Part shown: in pieces, positions 55,471 to 64,000 of the stretch | How the letters are laid out: every line of letters starts with the position of its first letter | Numbering within the stretch: the first letter of the stretch is position 1 | Origin: an uncultured virus (IMG/VR IMGVR_UViG_3300034159_000040) | Lineage: Duplodnaviria; Heunggongvirae; Uroviricota; Caudoviricetes | Virus record (IMG/VR): IMGVR_UViG_3300034159_000040 | Reading direction: 5' to 3' (one strand) | Length of the DNA stretch: 64,000 nucleotides | Translations under genes and position numbers: made by a program | The notes under the pieces: generated by a model | Database searches by the model: none | What the model was told of the DNA's origin: nothing | Seen by the model: only the letters and a program-made list of their open reading frames with translations

Positions 55471-55709
55471 CCCGCCACACCATCCTATTCGAGTGGCCGG
55501 GCGACACCGTGCCAAATATCGACCGCAAGCAAACATGGTGCGGAGGTAAGTTGCAAGCAATTGGTTTTGAAGATGTTTTCTGGGAACATGCCCGATTGCG
55601 CGCGGCCCTGGAGCGCATCGCCGACGGCTGGGGGATTACCGACCTGGAGGGGGCGCGCGAGGCGGCTGAGGCGGCGTTGCGCCGGCCCACGGAGGGCCAG
55701 CCGTCGTGA
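55467..55709 (+). CDS. hypothetical protein
   Basis: ATGA coupling; RLRAALERIA motif. Confidence 0.55.
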   Translation: MTRHTILFEWPGDTVPNIDRKQTWCGGKLQAIGFEDVFWEHARLRAALERIADGWGITDLEGAREAAEAALRRPTEGQPS

Positions 55710-56041
55710 GCGCCGAGACCCGCGGTCCCGTCATCGAGCGCGTCGGCCTGGTCGCGGTCACGGTCCAGGTGCAGCAGGAGGCCGGGCAGTGGATCGCTAG
55801 GATATCCAGCATCGGGCGCGGAAGCCTGACCAGCCAACCCTGCGCCAGCGCCGATGACGCCGTGGCATCGGTGTGCAGGCTGGCGAGCTATCCGCATCGG
55901 CTGCCGGAGTATGCCGCTCCGACGACCTACCGCGCCGAGCGTGACCGGCCATGCACCTGCCATCCAGACGACCGGCCGCCCGGTCCCTGCCCACGGCGTT
56001 ATGCGGCCAGCGAGTGCCAACAAGCGGCCATTGAACCATGA
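55706..56041 (+). CDS. hypothetical protein
   Basis: CTCHPDDRPP.PCPRRYA..EC motif. Confidence 0.55.
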   Translation: MSAETRGPVIERVGLVAVTVQVQQEAGQWIARISSIGRGSLTSQPCASADDAVASVCRLASYPHRLPEYAAPTTYRAERDRPCTCHPDDRPPGPCPRRYAASECQQAAIEP

Positions 56042-56267
56042 CTTACCCTCACGCCGAGCCCGCGGCGACCGAGCCCGACCGCCCCTTTCGTAGCCCCGTC
56101 ACGGACTCAGGGCCACGTCTTCGCCTATCAGGTCACCGACCACCCCGGACGATGGCTGCGCGTGATCGCCCCCGAGGACACCCTGGAGATCCTGGAGGCG
56201 GACCTGCGCGAGCAGTTCGGGGACCGGTTCGTGGCGGTGCGGGCCGACTCGTGGCGGGCGGTGCGCC

Positions 56268-56504
56268 ATGACCACTGACCCCACCCCGACCCCGCGCTCG
56301 TGCCTCACCTGCCGCTGGTGCGCGCCCGGCTCGCCCACCGAGCCAGCGACCTGCGCGTGGCTGCGCCACCTGCTCGACGGCCGCGAGCCACCGCCCTGGG
56401 TGGCGATCTTGCTGGTGCCCCAGCACGTCCTGGTCGGCGACGGCGCGATGGGGGCTCGCTGCCGGGCCTGGCTGCGGGGAAGGTCGGGGGAGGGGGTGGC
56501 GTGA
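56268..56504 (+). CDS. Cys-containing hypothetical protein
   Basis: SCLTCRW..C..C pattern. Confidence 0.45.
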   Translation: MTTDPTPTPRSCLTCRWCAPGSPTEPATCAWLRHLLDGREPPPWVAILLVPQHVLVGDGAMGARCRAWLRGRSGEGVA

Positions 56505-56566
56505 ACGCGCTTGATTTCGCCTTATCTCAGGCATACAGTCGGCACACCGCAACAAGGTGTCACAAT

Positions 56567-56806
56567 ATGCCAAATCTAACCGAAACCAACCGCCCCCGTG
56601 TCTGGCACACCGAAGAACAGGAGGCCGCGCGCCTCGGCTTCAAGCACCGGACCCTGCGCCTGTGGCGCGCGAGCAAAAAAGGACCGCCGTTCATGCTCAT
56701 CAACGGGTCGATCCGCTACAACCCGGATGCGGTAGATGCCTGGGTCCTGGCGCAGAACGTCCAACCAGAAGGCGATCAGGACGAGAAAAGCGCCGCAAGT
56801 CGCTGA
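56567..56806 (+). CDS. excisionase/AlpA-like HTH protein
   Basis: EAARLG...RTL..WR...KGPPF..I.GSIRY...VDAW. Confidence 0.8.
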   Translation: MPNLTETNRPRVWHTEEQEAARLGFKHRTLRLWRASKKGPPFMLINGSIRYNPDAVDAWVLAQNVQPEGDQDEKSAASR

Positions 56807-56815
56807 GAAAAAAAC

Positions 56816-57673
56816 ATGAGTAACGACGCTACCCACTGGGCTTGGCGGCAAGTTGTGAACAGCAGCAGCGCAAAGCTCGTGTTGCTTTCGATCGCGGATC
56901 GCGCCGACGAAATGCACACGGCTTACCCAAGTATCGAGCGGTTAGCAATGGATACTGAACTTGACCGGAAGACAGTGATGTTGGCCATTGAACACCTAGA
57001 GAAAGTTGGCGTGATCTCCGCAGATCGGGGAAACGGAAGACGGACTCACTACCAACTGGTCGGGGTGATCGGCCGAGAGGATGGACAAACAAGACCAGTA
57101 CCAAAAACGGGACTGGTCGAAAAACGCAAAATCGGTACCAAAAACGGGACCGGTACCAAAAACGGGACCGGTACCAAAAACGGGACCCAGACCAGTCCCG
57201 AAAACGGGACTGGAGCAGTACCAAAAACGGGACACGAACCAATCAATAACCAATCAGTGAACCGGAAAGAGGGGGAGAAGGGGCGCCCGACCGACTCGAC
57301 TCCTGCTGAGACACCGCAGGCGGCTGCGCCGCAACCCCCTCCCCGCCGCGCCCGATTTGTTCCTCCCACGGTTGAGGAGGTCCGCGCCTACTGCCGTGAG
57401 CGCGGGAATGCCATCGATCCTGAGCGTTTCATGAACTACAACAACTCATCTGGCTGGGTAATCGGAAAGTCCCTGAAGCCGATGAGCGACTGGAGAGCAG
57501 CAATCAGGACTTGGGAAACAAACCAAGGCCAACACACCAACACCCCCGGAGGCAACCATGGCCAGCGACCCGACCGACCCACCTTCAGCGAACTCAACCG
57601 ACTCGACTACGAGCAACATTGCGGACATCAAGATCCACCGGAGAGAGTCGTGTCTGGCATGGTTGTTCCGTGA
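56816..57673 (+). CDS. phage replication initiator (HTH_36, lambda O-like)
   Basis: AKLVLL.IADRA....AYPSI.RLA..T, PKTG/TKNG repeats, F.PPT.EEV..YC, M.DW.AA.RTW. Confidence 0.85.
   Translation: MSNDATHWAWRQVVNSSSAKLVLLSIADRADEMHTAYPSIERLAMDTELDRKTVMLAIEHLEKVGVISADRGNGRRTHYQLVGVIGREDGQTRPVPKTGLVEKRKIGTKNGTGTKNGTGTKNGTQTSPENGTGAVPKTGHEPINNQSVNRKEGEKGRPTDSTPAETPQAAAPQPPPRRARFVPPTVEEVRAYCRERGNAIDPERFMNYNNSSGWVIGKSLKPMSDWRAAIRTWETNQGQHTNTPGGNHGQRPDRPTFSELNRLDYEQHCGHQDPPERVVSGMVVP
57098..57233 (+). repeat. intragenic iterons of the phage origin
   Basis: GTACCAAAAACGGGAC at 57098, 57135, 57153, 57171 and 57218; variant at 57195. Confidence 0.9.
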
Positions 57674-58172
57674 GCTTGGCAACGAGTTCAAGGGGCGCTG
57701 GTCGGCCGACATGAAGTCGGCCGCGGATGTGCGCGACGCGAAAGTCTCGTGGTGGACGCACATCCACGACCTGAGCAAAGAGGAAATCCAGCACGCCCTG
57801 AGCGTCATGCCGACCGGCAAGGATGCCTGGCCTCCGGGTCCGCGCGAGTTCCGCAAGCTGGCCCGCTCCAATCGCCCGGCCCAGCCGGCGACCTACCTGC
57901 CGTCCCCACCGCGCACCCGCGACCAGCACCAGGCCGCGCTCGGGCACCTGCAAGCGATCCGCACGCTGCTGCCGCAGGTCCCGGTAGCCGCCGCCGTACT
58001 GCCCCAGGCGGACGGAGCGGTCCCTGACGATCCGGAGGCCGCCGCGCCGCTGGTCGATCCGCTCGCCCAGCGTCGCGCCTTCCTGGATCGCCATGCCGAG
58101 GACCTGCACGCGCTCGGGTTGGCGCGGTTCGCCCGTGAGCGGCCGGTCACGCAACCGCTCGATGCGCCGTGA
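57558..58172 (+). CDS. lambda P-like helicase loader / replication protein
   Basis: GGAGG RBS; W...I..LS.EEI..AL..WPP.P.EF..L; follows the O-like gene. Confidence 0.6.
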   Translation: MASDPTDPPSANSTDSTTSNIADIKIHRRESCLAWLFRELGNEFKGRWSADMKSAADVRDAKVSWWTHIHDLSKEEIQHALSVMPTGKDAWPPGPREFRKLARSNRPAQPATYLPSPPRTRDQHQAALGHLQAIRTLLPQVPVAAAVLPQADGAVPDDPEAAAPLVDPLAQRRAFLDRHAEDLHALGLARFARERPVTQPLDAP

Positions 58173-58182
58173 TGTATGACCG

Positions 58183-59568
58183 ATGGCCAGCTATCGCGCC
58201 TATCTCGACAGCCCGGCGTGGCGGTCGCTACGCCGGGCCGCCAGGCAGCGGGCGGGGAATCGGTGCGAATTGTGCGGGGCCGGCGCGGATGCGGTGCATC
58301 ACGTCACCTACCCTAAGCGATGGGCAGATGACCACCTGGACAACTTGATTGTCGTTTGTAATTACCACCACGATCTTTTGCATGGGGTACGAGGTGAAAC
58401 TATGAGCGGTGAGGTTCTTATCATTGAGGGGATCGAAAGCAAAGACGGATGGCTGGACTTCGATCAACTGCATGCGCTGCTGCATACCTACAAAATAACG
58501 TCGAAACATGACGGTCAAGACTTTATTTCAAGGAGCAATGCTAAGTCGTGCGACTGGTACTATGACCAAATTAAACCGAAGTACAAGAAGCTCGGCAGCG
58601 TCAAATTGCTATCAGGAGCAACCATCAATCGCCGGTGGGTGAACGAGCATGGAGCCTATCAATTCGCTTTGATGTGCAACACACCAAACGCTGAGCCGTT
58701 CCAGGAATTGGTTTTGGAAAAGATCATTCCTCAAGTGAGAAGAACAGGATCATTCGTCCCTGAGTTAACTGGAAACAACCTTGCCGATTTTGCGCTGAAC
58801 CTAAGCGAGCAAGCGAAGATCGTGGCGCGCTCTATTTTAGAATCAGCGGAAGCAAAGCGGGTTGCCGATAAGGCCGCGCAGGACGCGCACGAAGCCAGCA
58901 TCGGCGTGGCGGACTGTCGCACTCGGCTTGATGATGCGGTCCAGCGCCTTGACGAAATTACCGGGGACAAGGTTTTAATGACCGCGATGCTCTTTTTGAA
59001 GAAATCTGGAGTCAATCCACAAGCAATCTATCCCCGGACGCGCGACACGAACGCCAAAGTGCTTGGTGGGTGGTGCACGAGGGAGAGCCGGCGCCGCGGA
59101 CTGCCGTTGCCGGAGAAGATCGCCATGGGCGGTTTCGACGTCAATCAATATGAGCCCGCCTTACTGAGCGAGGGAGTCAAGGCGCTTGGAATGATACAAG
59201 ACCAAAATCGCGCCACCGATCCGGCGTGCTCGCAATTTCGTTGGAAGCTGCCCACCAACACCGCCGAGTGGCATCGCCTGGTCGACGGATTAAAGATCAC
59301 TGGCATAGCCGCGCAACTAGCCCGTCATTGCAATCTCGTCGCGTTGAGTGACGGGCACTTGACGTTGCAACTTGATCCAGCCGCCGAAGATCTACGCACG
59401 CCGACGATTGAGGAACGGCTGCGGTCATCCGTAGCCGCCGCACTTAATGAACCGGCGTTGCGGTTGGAGGTTCGCGTGGTGCGACTCGATAACGACGTGG
59501 TGGTGAAGCGATTGCGCGAACAATTCGGGGCGGCGGTTGTTCCTGGTAGCGTCCAAATATGTCCATGA
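58183..59568 (+). CDS. HNH-like / Bro-N-like / coiled coil / DnaX tau C-terminal domain fusion
   Basis: Y..YL.S..W..RCELC..VHH.TY..NL...C..HH; VNEHGAYQ..AEPFQ..V...IIPQVRRTGSF; C-terminal W..LV..L...G.A.QLA.HC..F.A.VVPGSV. Confidence 0.7.
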   Translation: MASYRAYLDSPAWRSLRRAARQRAGNRCELCGAGADAVHHVTYPKRWADDHLDNLIVVCNYHHDLLHGVRGETMSGEVLIIEGIESKDGWLDFDQLHALLHTYKITSKHDGQDFISRSNAKSCDWYYDQIKPKYKKLGSVKLLSGATINRRWVNEHGAYQFALMCNTPNAEPFQELVLEKIIPQVRRTGSFVPELTGNNLADFALNLSEQAKIVARSILESAEAKRVADKAAQDAHEASIGVADCRTRLDDAVQRLDEITGDKVLMTAMLFLKKSGVNPQAIYPRTRDTNAKVLGGWCTRESRRRGLPLPEKIAMGGFDVNQYEPALLSEGVKALGMIQDQNRATDPACSQFRWKLPTNTAEWHRLVDGLKITGIAAQLARHCNLVALSDGHLTLQLDPAAEDLRTPTIEERLRSSVAAALNEPALRLEVRVVRLDNDVVVKRLREQFGAAVVPGSVQICP

Positions 59569-59870
59569 CCAACCCCTCCCCCGGGCCCCAGCCCTGGACC
59601 GGCCTACCCGACCCGGCCGACCTGTCGGCTGACCTGGACGCCGAGGCGCACCCGCGCACCGCCGCCGACTGGACCCCGGAGGCGATCCGCGCCTGGTGCC
59701 TCCCCCGCGGTCGCGACCCGGCCTGGTTTCTCGATCCGGCGCCGCGGTCCAATCCCGACCCCGACCCGGTGCAGCGGATGGCCGCCAGAGCGCACCAGCG
59801 CCCCGTAGAGCCATCCGCGGCCCCTGACCCTGCCCACCCTACCGACCAACCCCCGGAGAGCCCCCAATGA
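59559..59870 (+). CDS. Pro-rich hypothetical protein
   Basis: Coupled ORF. Confidence 0.45.
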   Translation: MSMTNPSPGPQPWTGLPDPADLSADLDAEAHPRTAADWTPEAIRAWCLPRGRDPAWFLDPAPRSNPDPDPVQRMAARAHQRPVEPSAAPDPAHPTDQPPESPQ

Positions 59871-60130
59871 GCGATATCAGCGACCGCATCCGCCGCATCG
59901 ACCGCCTGCTGGCCGATGCCGCGACCCAGCAGCCGAAAACCACGGCTGGCAGGCTAGAAATCATGGAGGGCATCATCGCGGCCTTGCCCGTGTCCATGCA
60001 GGTCGAAACCGCCTGGTGCGCCGCGGCCCTGGAGCGGCTGCTCGAAGGCTACCCGCCGGCGACAGCCGCGATGGCGCTGACGTTCGTGGAGGCCCGTTTG
60101 GCCGCGCGGGTACTGGGGGGCAAGCCGTGA
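59867..60130 (+). CDS. hypothetical protein
   Basis: GGAG RBS, ATGA coupling. Confidence 0.6.
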   Translation: MSDISDRIRRIDRLLADAATQQPKTTAGRLEIMEGIIAALPVSMQVETAWCAAALERLLEGYPPATAAMALTFVEARLAARVLGGKP

Positions 60131-60585
60131 CCGGCCCGCGCTACAACACGGGTCGCAACCCGCCCAAGCGACGCATGGACCCGGACGCCCTGGCGGCATC
60201 GATGCTGATCCAGGCCCCGAGCGCCGAGGCGCTGGCCGCCCGTAAGGCGATGGCGGCCCACCAGGCGGCGGCGCAGATCCCGGCCGAGCATGTTTTCCCG
60301 CGCGAGCTGGAGGCCCGGCTGCGCGAGATGGACCCGCCACCGCGCCCCCCGCCCCGGGCACCGCCGGTCGAAGTCCAACCCCACCCGCCCGAGGTGGGCG
60401 ACCCGGCGCTGCTGCTGGCCGTCCTGCGCGAGCACTACAGCGACGCCTGCCGGCTGCTGGCGGCCGAGGCGCCCTACGACGCATCGCAGGGACGGGCGCC
60501 GAGCCAGTGGGTGCGGGGTTTCGAGTGCTGCGCGCAACTGGCGCTGCTGCGGGCCGGGTTTTCGCTGTTTGAGCCGGAGTCGTGA
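60127..60585 (+). CDS. hypothetical protein
   Basis: GTGA coupling. Confidence 0.5.
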   Translation: MTGPRYNTGRNPPKRRMDPDALAASMLIQAPSAEALAARKAMAAHQAAAQIPAEHVFPRELEARLREMDPPPRPPPRAPPVEVQPHPPEVGDPALLLAVLREHYSDACRLLAAEAPYDASQGRAPSQWVRGFECCAQLALLRAGFSLFEPES

Positions 60586-60764
60586 GTGCCGACTACACCG
60601 CCCGCGACGGCAACCGGCAAACGGCACCCTGGGAGCGGGCCTAGAATGCCCGCAGAATTTCTAAAACGTCGAGCAAAATGGCATCTACGCGAAAAGCGGC
60701 CCACTGGCGGTGCGAGTGTGGCGGGTAGCCGGCCAGCTATCCAAAAACGAGGAGATTCCCAGCG

Positions 60765-61229
60765 ATGACCAAATCCGAGCTGTTCGCCGCCTTCGACAGC
60801 CAGATCTCCAGGACGGCGATCCGGCAGGATTTTGACGGTTGCGCCGACAACGAGTGGGCGGTCGTCGGCAAGTTCTGCCGCATCGTGCCCATCGCGAGCG
60901 GTTGGGACGTGTGGCTGTGCAACTCCCGCGACCCAACGGCGGGCCTGACGCCGCGCAAGGTGACGGCGATCCTGGTCGGTCTCGCTGACCTGCTGGCCCC
61001 GGACCACGCGCCGCACGCGCCGGGTGCGGCTGCGACCTGGGGTGCGTGGCATGTGCTCGACGGGGAGGCGTGGACGCGGCGGTTGACGCGCGACGAGATA
61101 CTGGCGTGCCTGTCGATCCTGGGCATCCGGCGGCGCAAAGTGGTCAGCGACGCCTGGCGGGCGGCGGCTCGCGAGCGACTGGTCGCCCTGCGCCCTGTGG
61201 GCGGTGCGGCCGTATCAGCGGATGACTGA
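60765..61229 (+). CDS. hypothetical protein
   Basis: GAGGAG RBS, 154 aa. Confidence 0.65.
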   Translation: MTKSELFAAFDSQISRTAIRQDFDGCADNEWAVVGKFCRIVPIASGWDVWLCNSRDPTAGLTPRKVTAILVGLADLLAPDHAPHAPGAAATWGAWHVLDGEAWTRRLTRDEILACLSILGIRRRKVVSDAWRAAARERLVALRPVGGAAVSADD

Positions 61230-61234
61230 GAATA

Positions 61235-61438
61235 ATGACTAATCGATCCCAAACAAAAGAACTTTATCTTTTCGCCGAAGATGATACTTGGATGAAATTC
61301 GAGTTAAGGGCTGATTACGAGTTTTTTATAACCTACATTCCCGATACGTTGGTTGAAACAGAAGAAACTGAGCTTCCTTTCCTTTCCAGGGAAGACGCCA
61401 AGAAACTGCGCGATTTTCTTATCTATGCTCTTGCGTGA
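61235..61438 (+). CDS. hypothetical protein (AT-rich)
   Basis: LSREDAKKLRDFL motif. Confidence 0.55.
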   Translation: MTNRSQTKELYLFAEDDTWMKFELRADYEFFITYIPDTLVETEETELPFLSREDAKKLRDFLIYALA

Positions 61439-61824
61439 TTGAAATGAAAAATATCAACAATATGACAGCCGACGAAATCCGTCAGCTGCTAGATCGATTG
61501 AAGCGCGACAAGGACGAGATCACCAAGCAGTTGGAGGACGCCCGCAGTGCGGCGGCGGTGGACGGGGTATTTTCCGACCGTGAATGGTTTACGTCCGCTA
61601 AACACGCCGAGCGGATCAAGGGCCGCCAGATCGGCGAGGTGCAGATCGCGCTTGGGGTTGCCCTAAAGGAGCAGCGCGCCACCGCTTCTGAGGCCCAGAG
61701 TGTGCGTTTCGAGCGCGAGTTTATGCGCCAAGCGCGTGCCATTCTGCCGCGAGTCCTGTACGAGGAAGTGCTGAACGAAACCGTGGCGGCGACGACCAAT
61801 GACAGCGATCCCGACCCAACTTGA
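61435..61824 (+). CDS. coiled-coil hypothetical protein
   Basis: D.EW...AK.A..FEREFM..AR..L. Confidence 0.65.
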   Translation: MIEMKNINNMTADEIRQLLDRLKRDKDEITKQLEDARSAAAVDGVFSDREWFTSAKHAERIKGRQIGEVQIALGVALKEQRATASEAQSVRFEREFMRQARAILPRVLYEEVLNETVAATTNDSDPDPT

Positions 61825-62263
61825 CCTCTTCGACGGCCGCCGCAAGGCCCGCAACCCGATCGTCTGGCCGACCGAGCACGAGGACCAATGCGCGCTCATC
61901 GCCTGGGCCGCTTGGGAGGAGCGCCGACGCCCCGAACTGCGCCTGTTGCACGCCATACCCAACGGCGGCGAGCGGTATGCCGCGGTCGCGGTGGGGCTCC
62001 AGGCCGAGGGCGTGAAGCCGGGTGTCCCGGATCTGGACCTACCGGTGCCCCGTGGCAACTTCTGCGGTCTGCGCATTGAAATGAAACGGCAAGGGCGCAA
62101 GCCGAAGCCGACGAGCGAGCAGTCGCAGTGGCTTGCAGACCTGGCCGCCGTGGGCCACTCCTGCCACGTTTGCCAGGGCTGGGAAGCGGCCCGCGCCGTG
62201 ATTCTGGCGTACCTCGCGCTCGATGCCGGCCGCGGTTCTCTGCCGCCCGCAGATACCCGCTAG
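61799..62263 (+). CDS. VRR-NUC domain nuclease
   Basis: EHEDQ..L.AIPNGG.R..EGV.PGVPDL..GL.IEMK..Q..W. Confidence 0.9.
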   Translation: MTAIPTQLDLFDGRRKARNPIVWPTEHEDQCALIAWAAWEERRRPELRLLHAIPNGGERYAAVAVGLQAEGVKPGVPDLDLPVPRGNFCGLRIEMKRQGRKPKPTSEQSQWLADLAAVGHSCHVCQGWEAARAVILAYLALDAGRGSLPPADTR

Positions 62264-62295
62264 ACTGTACACATCAACCCGCAACCGAGTATTCC

Positions 62296-62607
62296 ATGAG
62301 CTATTTCGACGCCCCCTTGCCTGACCCGACAGTCCCGACCGGCCCCGTGGTGGTCGTGATCTCGCCCCGTACCGCGGTCACCCGCTGGCTGCTCGCCCGT
62401 GCCCGCGAGGCATCGACCTGGCGCAGCCTGGGGCGGCTCGCGACGCTGGTCTTGATCCTTATCTGGCCAACAAAAATCAAGGAAATCGGAATGTTGGGTG
62501 TCGCCGCGTCAGAGGTGCTCGGTGTCCTGCTGCCCGACCGGGTGCTCGGCGGGGCCGCGACCCGCATCACCGATCCGGGGCAACCGGGCAATGCCGATGC
62601 GGGATGA
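62296..62607 (+). CDS. putative holin
   Basis: RAREASTWR motif, hydrophobic segments ending LLPD; upstream of the endolysin. Confidence 0.6.
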   Translation: MSYFDAPLPDPTVPTGPVVVVISPRTAVTRWLLARAREASTWRSLGRLATLVLILIWPTKIKEIGMLGVAASEVLGVLLPDRVLGGAATRITDPGQPGNADAG

Positions 62608-62914
62608 TCGTATCAGCATCGACCGCTATCGCAGCACGGACGAGGACCCCTCGCTGTCATTCGAGCGGCGACTGGTGGCGATTGAGGGCAAGCTGGTGCT
62701 GATGCAGGACCAGCTTGCGGACGTGCATGGCGACGTGCATAACGTGAAAATGGTGGCTGATGCCATGTCGATGATGCTGATCGAGGAAACCAACCGCCGC
62801 AATGCGCAGCGTGAGAGCAATTCGGCCCGCTGGATCAAATTGATTACCATCGGCACTGGAATTGCTATTACCGTAGCCGCGATATTGACGGTGCTGAGGG
62901 GGGCAACTCCATGA
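62597..62914 (+). CDS. coiled-coil protein with C-terminal TM helix (lysis module)
   Basis: WIKLITIGTGIAITVAAILTVL at the C-terminus. Confidence 0.55.
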   Translation: MRDDRISIDRYRSTDEDPSLSFERRLVAIEGKLVLMQDQLADVHGDVHNVKMVADAMSMMLIEETNRRNAQRESNSARWIKLITIGTGIAITVAAILTVLRGATP

Positions 62915-63354
62915 GTATCACCGCCGCCCAAGCCCTCGCCCGCTACGGCGATCCAACACGGGAGAAAGCGATGGTGTTGTACGATGTTCCAACCGCCCTG
63001 GAAATCGGCGCGGTCCCCAGGCGGGTCTATTGCAATCGGGACCTGGTGGGGCCGCTCAGCCGCGCCTTGGGGTTGATTGTAGAGCGCGACCTGACTGGGT
63101 TGCTGCGCACCTGGGACGGCTGTTTCCAGGTGCGAAGGAAGCGCGGCCGGGCAACGATGTCGCTGCACTCGTGGGGCCTGGCGGTGGACATAAACGCGGC
63201 CTGGAACCCGCTGGGGGCGGCATCTAAGCAGGACCCGCGGCTGACCGCCTGTTTCGTGGAGGCTGGTTTCGCGTGGGGTGGGGCCTGGAGGGGGAGATTG
63301 GATTGTATGCACTATGAACTTGCCGCCCTGCCGCGCCTGCCGGGGGTGAAATAG
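62911..63354 (+). CDS. endolysin, M15-family metallopeptidase
   Basis: R..RG....SLHSWGLAVDIN..GF.WGG.W..D.MHYE. Confidence 0.9.
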   Translation: MSITAAQALARYGDPTREKAMVLYDVPTALEIGAVPRRVYCNRDLVGPLSRALGLIVERDLTGLLRTWDGCFQVRRKRGRATMSLHSWGLAVDINAAWNPLGAASKQDPRLTACFVEAGFAWGGAWRGRLDCMHYELAALPRLPGVK

Positions 63355-63947
63355 TGCGACCGACAGCCATAGCACGCAAGCGCCGCCTGCCCGAGTGGCC
63401 GGGCGACGAGCGCCGGCCCGATCCCGTGGAGCAGGTCGTGCGCGGGTTTGCCATCGCCGCCCGCGGCTGGGACCAGTTACGCGAGGGTTCGGCCGGGACT
63501 TCCGGCGCGCACGGCGCCTCCTGGGAGCGCGCGGTGTTCGCCTGCCGGGGGATGCGGCCCGAGGCCCTGGCGTGCTTGTTGTGGTCCAACGGCGTGGATG
63601 ACGACACCATCCACGCCGAGGTGTTGCGGGCACTGGTCGGTAAGGCCGAGGACCTGGAGGTCCGGCTGAAGTCCATGAAGCACGGGCGGTGGTGGCCCCA
63701 GGGCATGGTCTCGGCGCTGGCGGGGTTGGCGGTGTGGGAGCTGCGCCCGGCGGTGCAGATGCGCAACCCGCGGGTCAGCGACGAGGAGCGTCGCGGGATG
63801 ATCGCGCGTGACTGGCCGGGCCTTCCGGCGCGTCACGATGGCTCGTGGCGGGGGGAGTGGAAGGCGCGCTACCTCGACATCCTAGCCGCCGGGCGGCGGC
63901 TGGAGGGGGAGGCTGGAGGGTGGATTAGGGCTCACTGGAGGGGCTAA
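63354..63947 (+). CDS. hypothetical protein, possible Q-like antiterminator
   Basis: C-terminal W...W..RY helix motif; position at the end of the rightward arm. Confidence 0.4.
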   Translation: MRPTAIARKRRLPEWPGDERRPDPVEQVVRGFAIAARGWDQLREGSAGTSGAHGASWERAVFACRGMRPEALACLLWSNGVDDDTIHAEVLRALVGKAEDLEVRLKSMKHGRWWPQGMVSALAGLAVWELRPAVQMRNPRVSDEERRGMIARDWPGLPARHDGSWRGEWKARYLDILAAGRRLEGEAGGWIRAHWRG

Positions 63948-64000
63948 AACCGCCGTTCGTCGGGGCGAACGCGAAACCGCTTGCAGGTGTCGGGGCGAAC

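Noticed and set aside
63959..64000. GTCGGGGCGAAC direct repeat at a 30-bp period
   Set aside because: Only two copies, cut by the window edge; cannot be interpreted.
1..64000. Integrase, ParA/ParB, tRNAs, spanins
   Set aside because: None recognised by eye; they could lie outside the window or be too divergent.

Overview
The window is most of a GC-rich, podovirus-like tailed phage genome, probably with a proteobacterial host. On the + strand run the packaging and head genes (TerS, TerL, portal, GroES-like co-chaperonin, scaffold, major capsid), the neck and tail genes (including a collagen-repeat fibre), a 1308-aa internal virion-like protein, and a 5765-aa polyvalent DarB-like protein. That giant protein carries two HEXXH peptidase-like motifs, an N6-adenine MTase, an SNF2 helicase, an ART-like module and a PLxRFG domain. 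A - strand early arm of small genes follows (YkgJ-like, Lar-like, RecT-like). It contains a XerC/XerD dif-like site and a TrfA-like plasmid initiator with helically phased iterons. A CI/Cro switch, a lambda O/P-like replication pair with intragenic iterons, an HNH/Bro-N/DnaX-tau-C-terminal fusion, a VRR-NUC nuclease, a lysis module and a possible Q antiterminator complete the window. No integrase is visible, so a phage-plasmid lifestyle is suggested. The most unusual signal is six small ORFs, each with its own Shine-Dalgarno sequence, overprinted in the +1 frame inside low-complexity linkers of the giant gene; one resembles TnpV. All family calls come from motif recognition by eye; no database searches were run.
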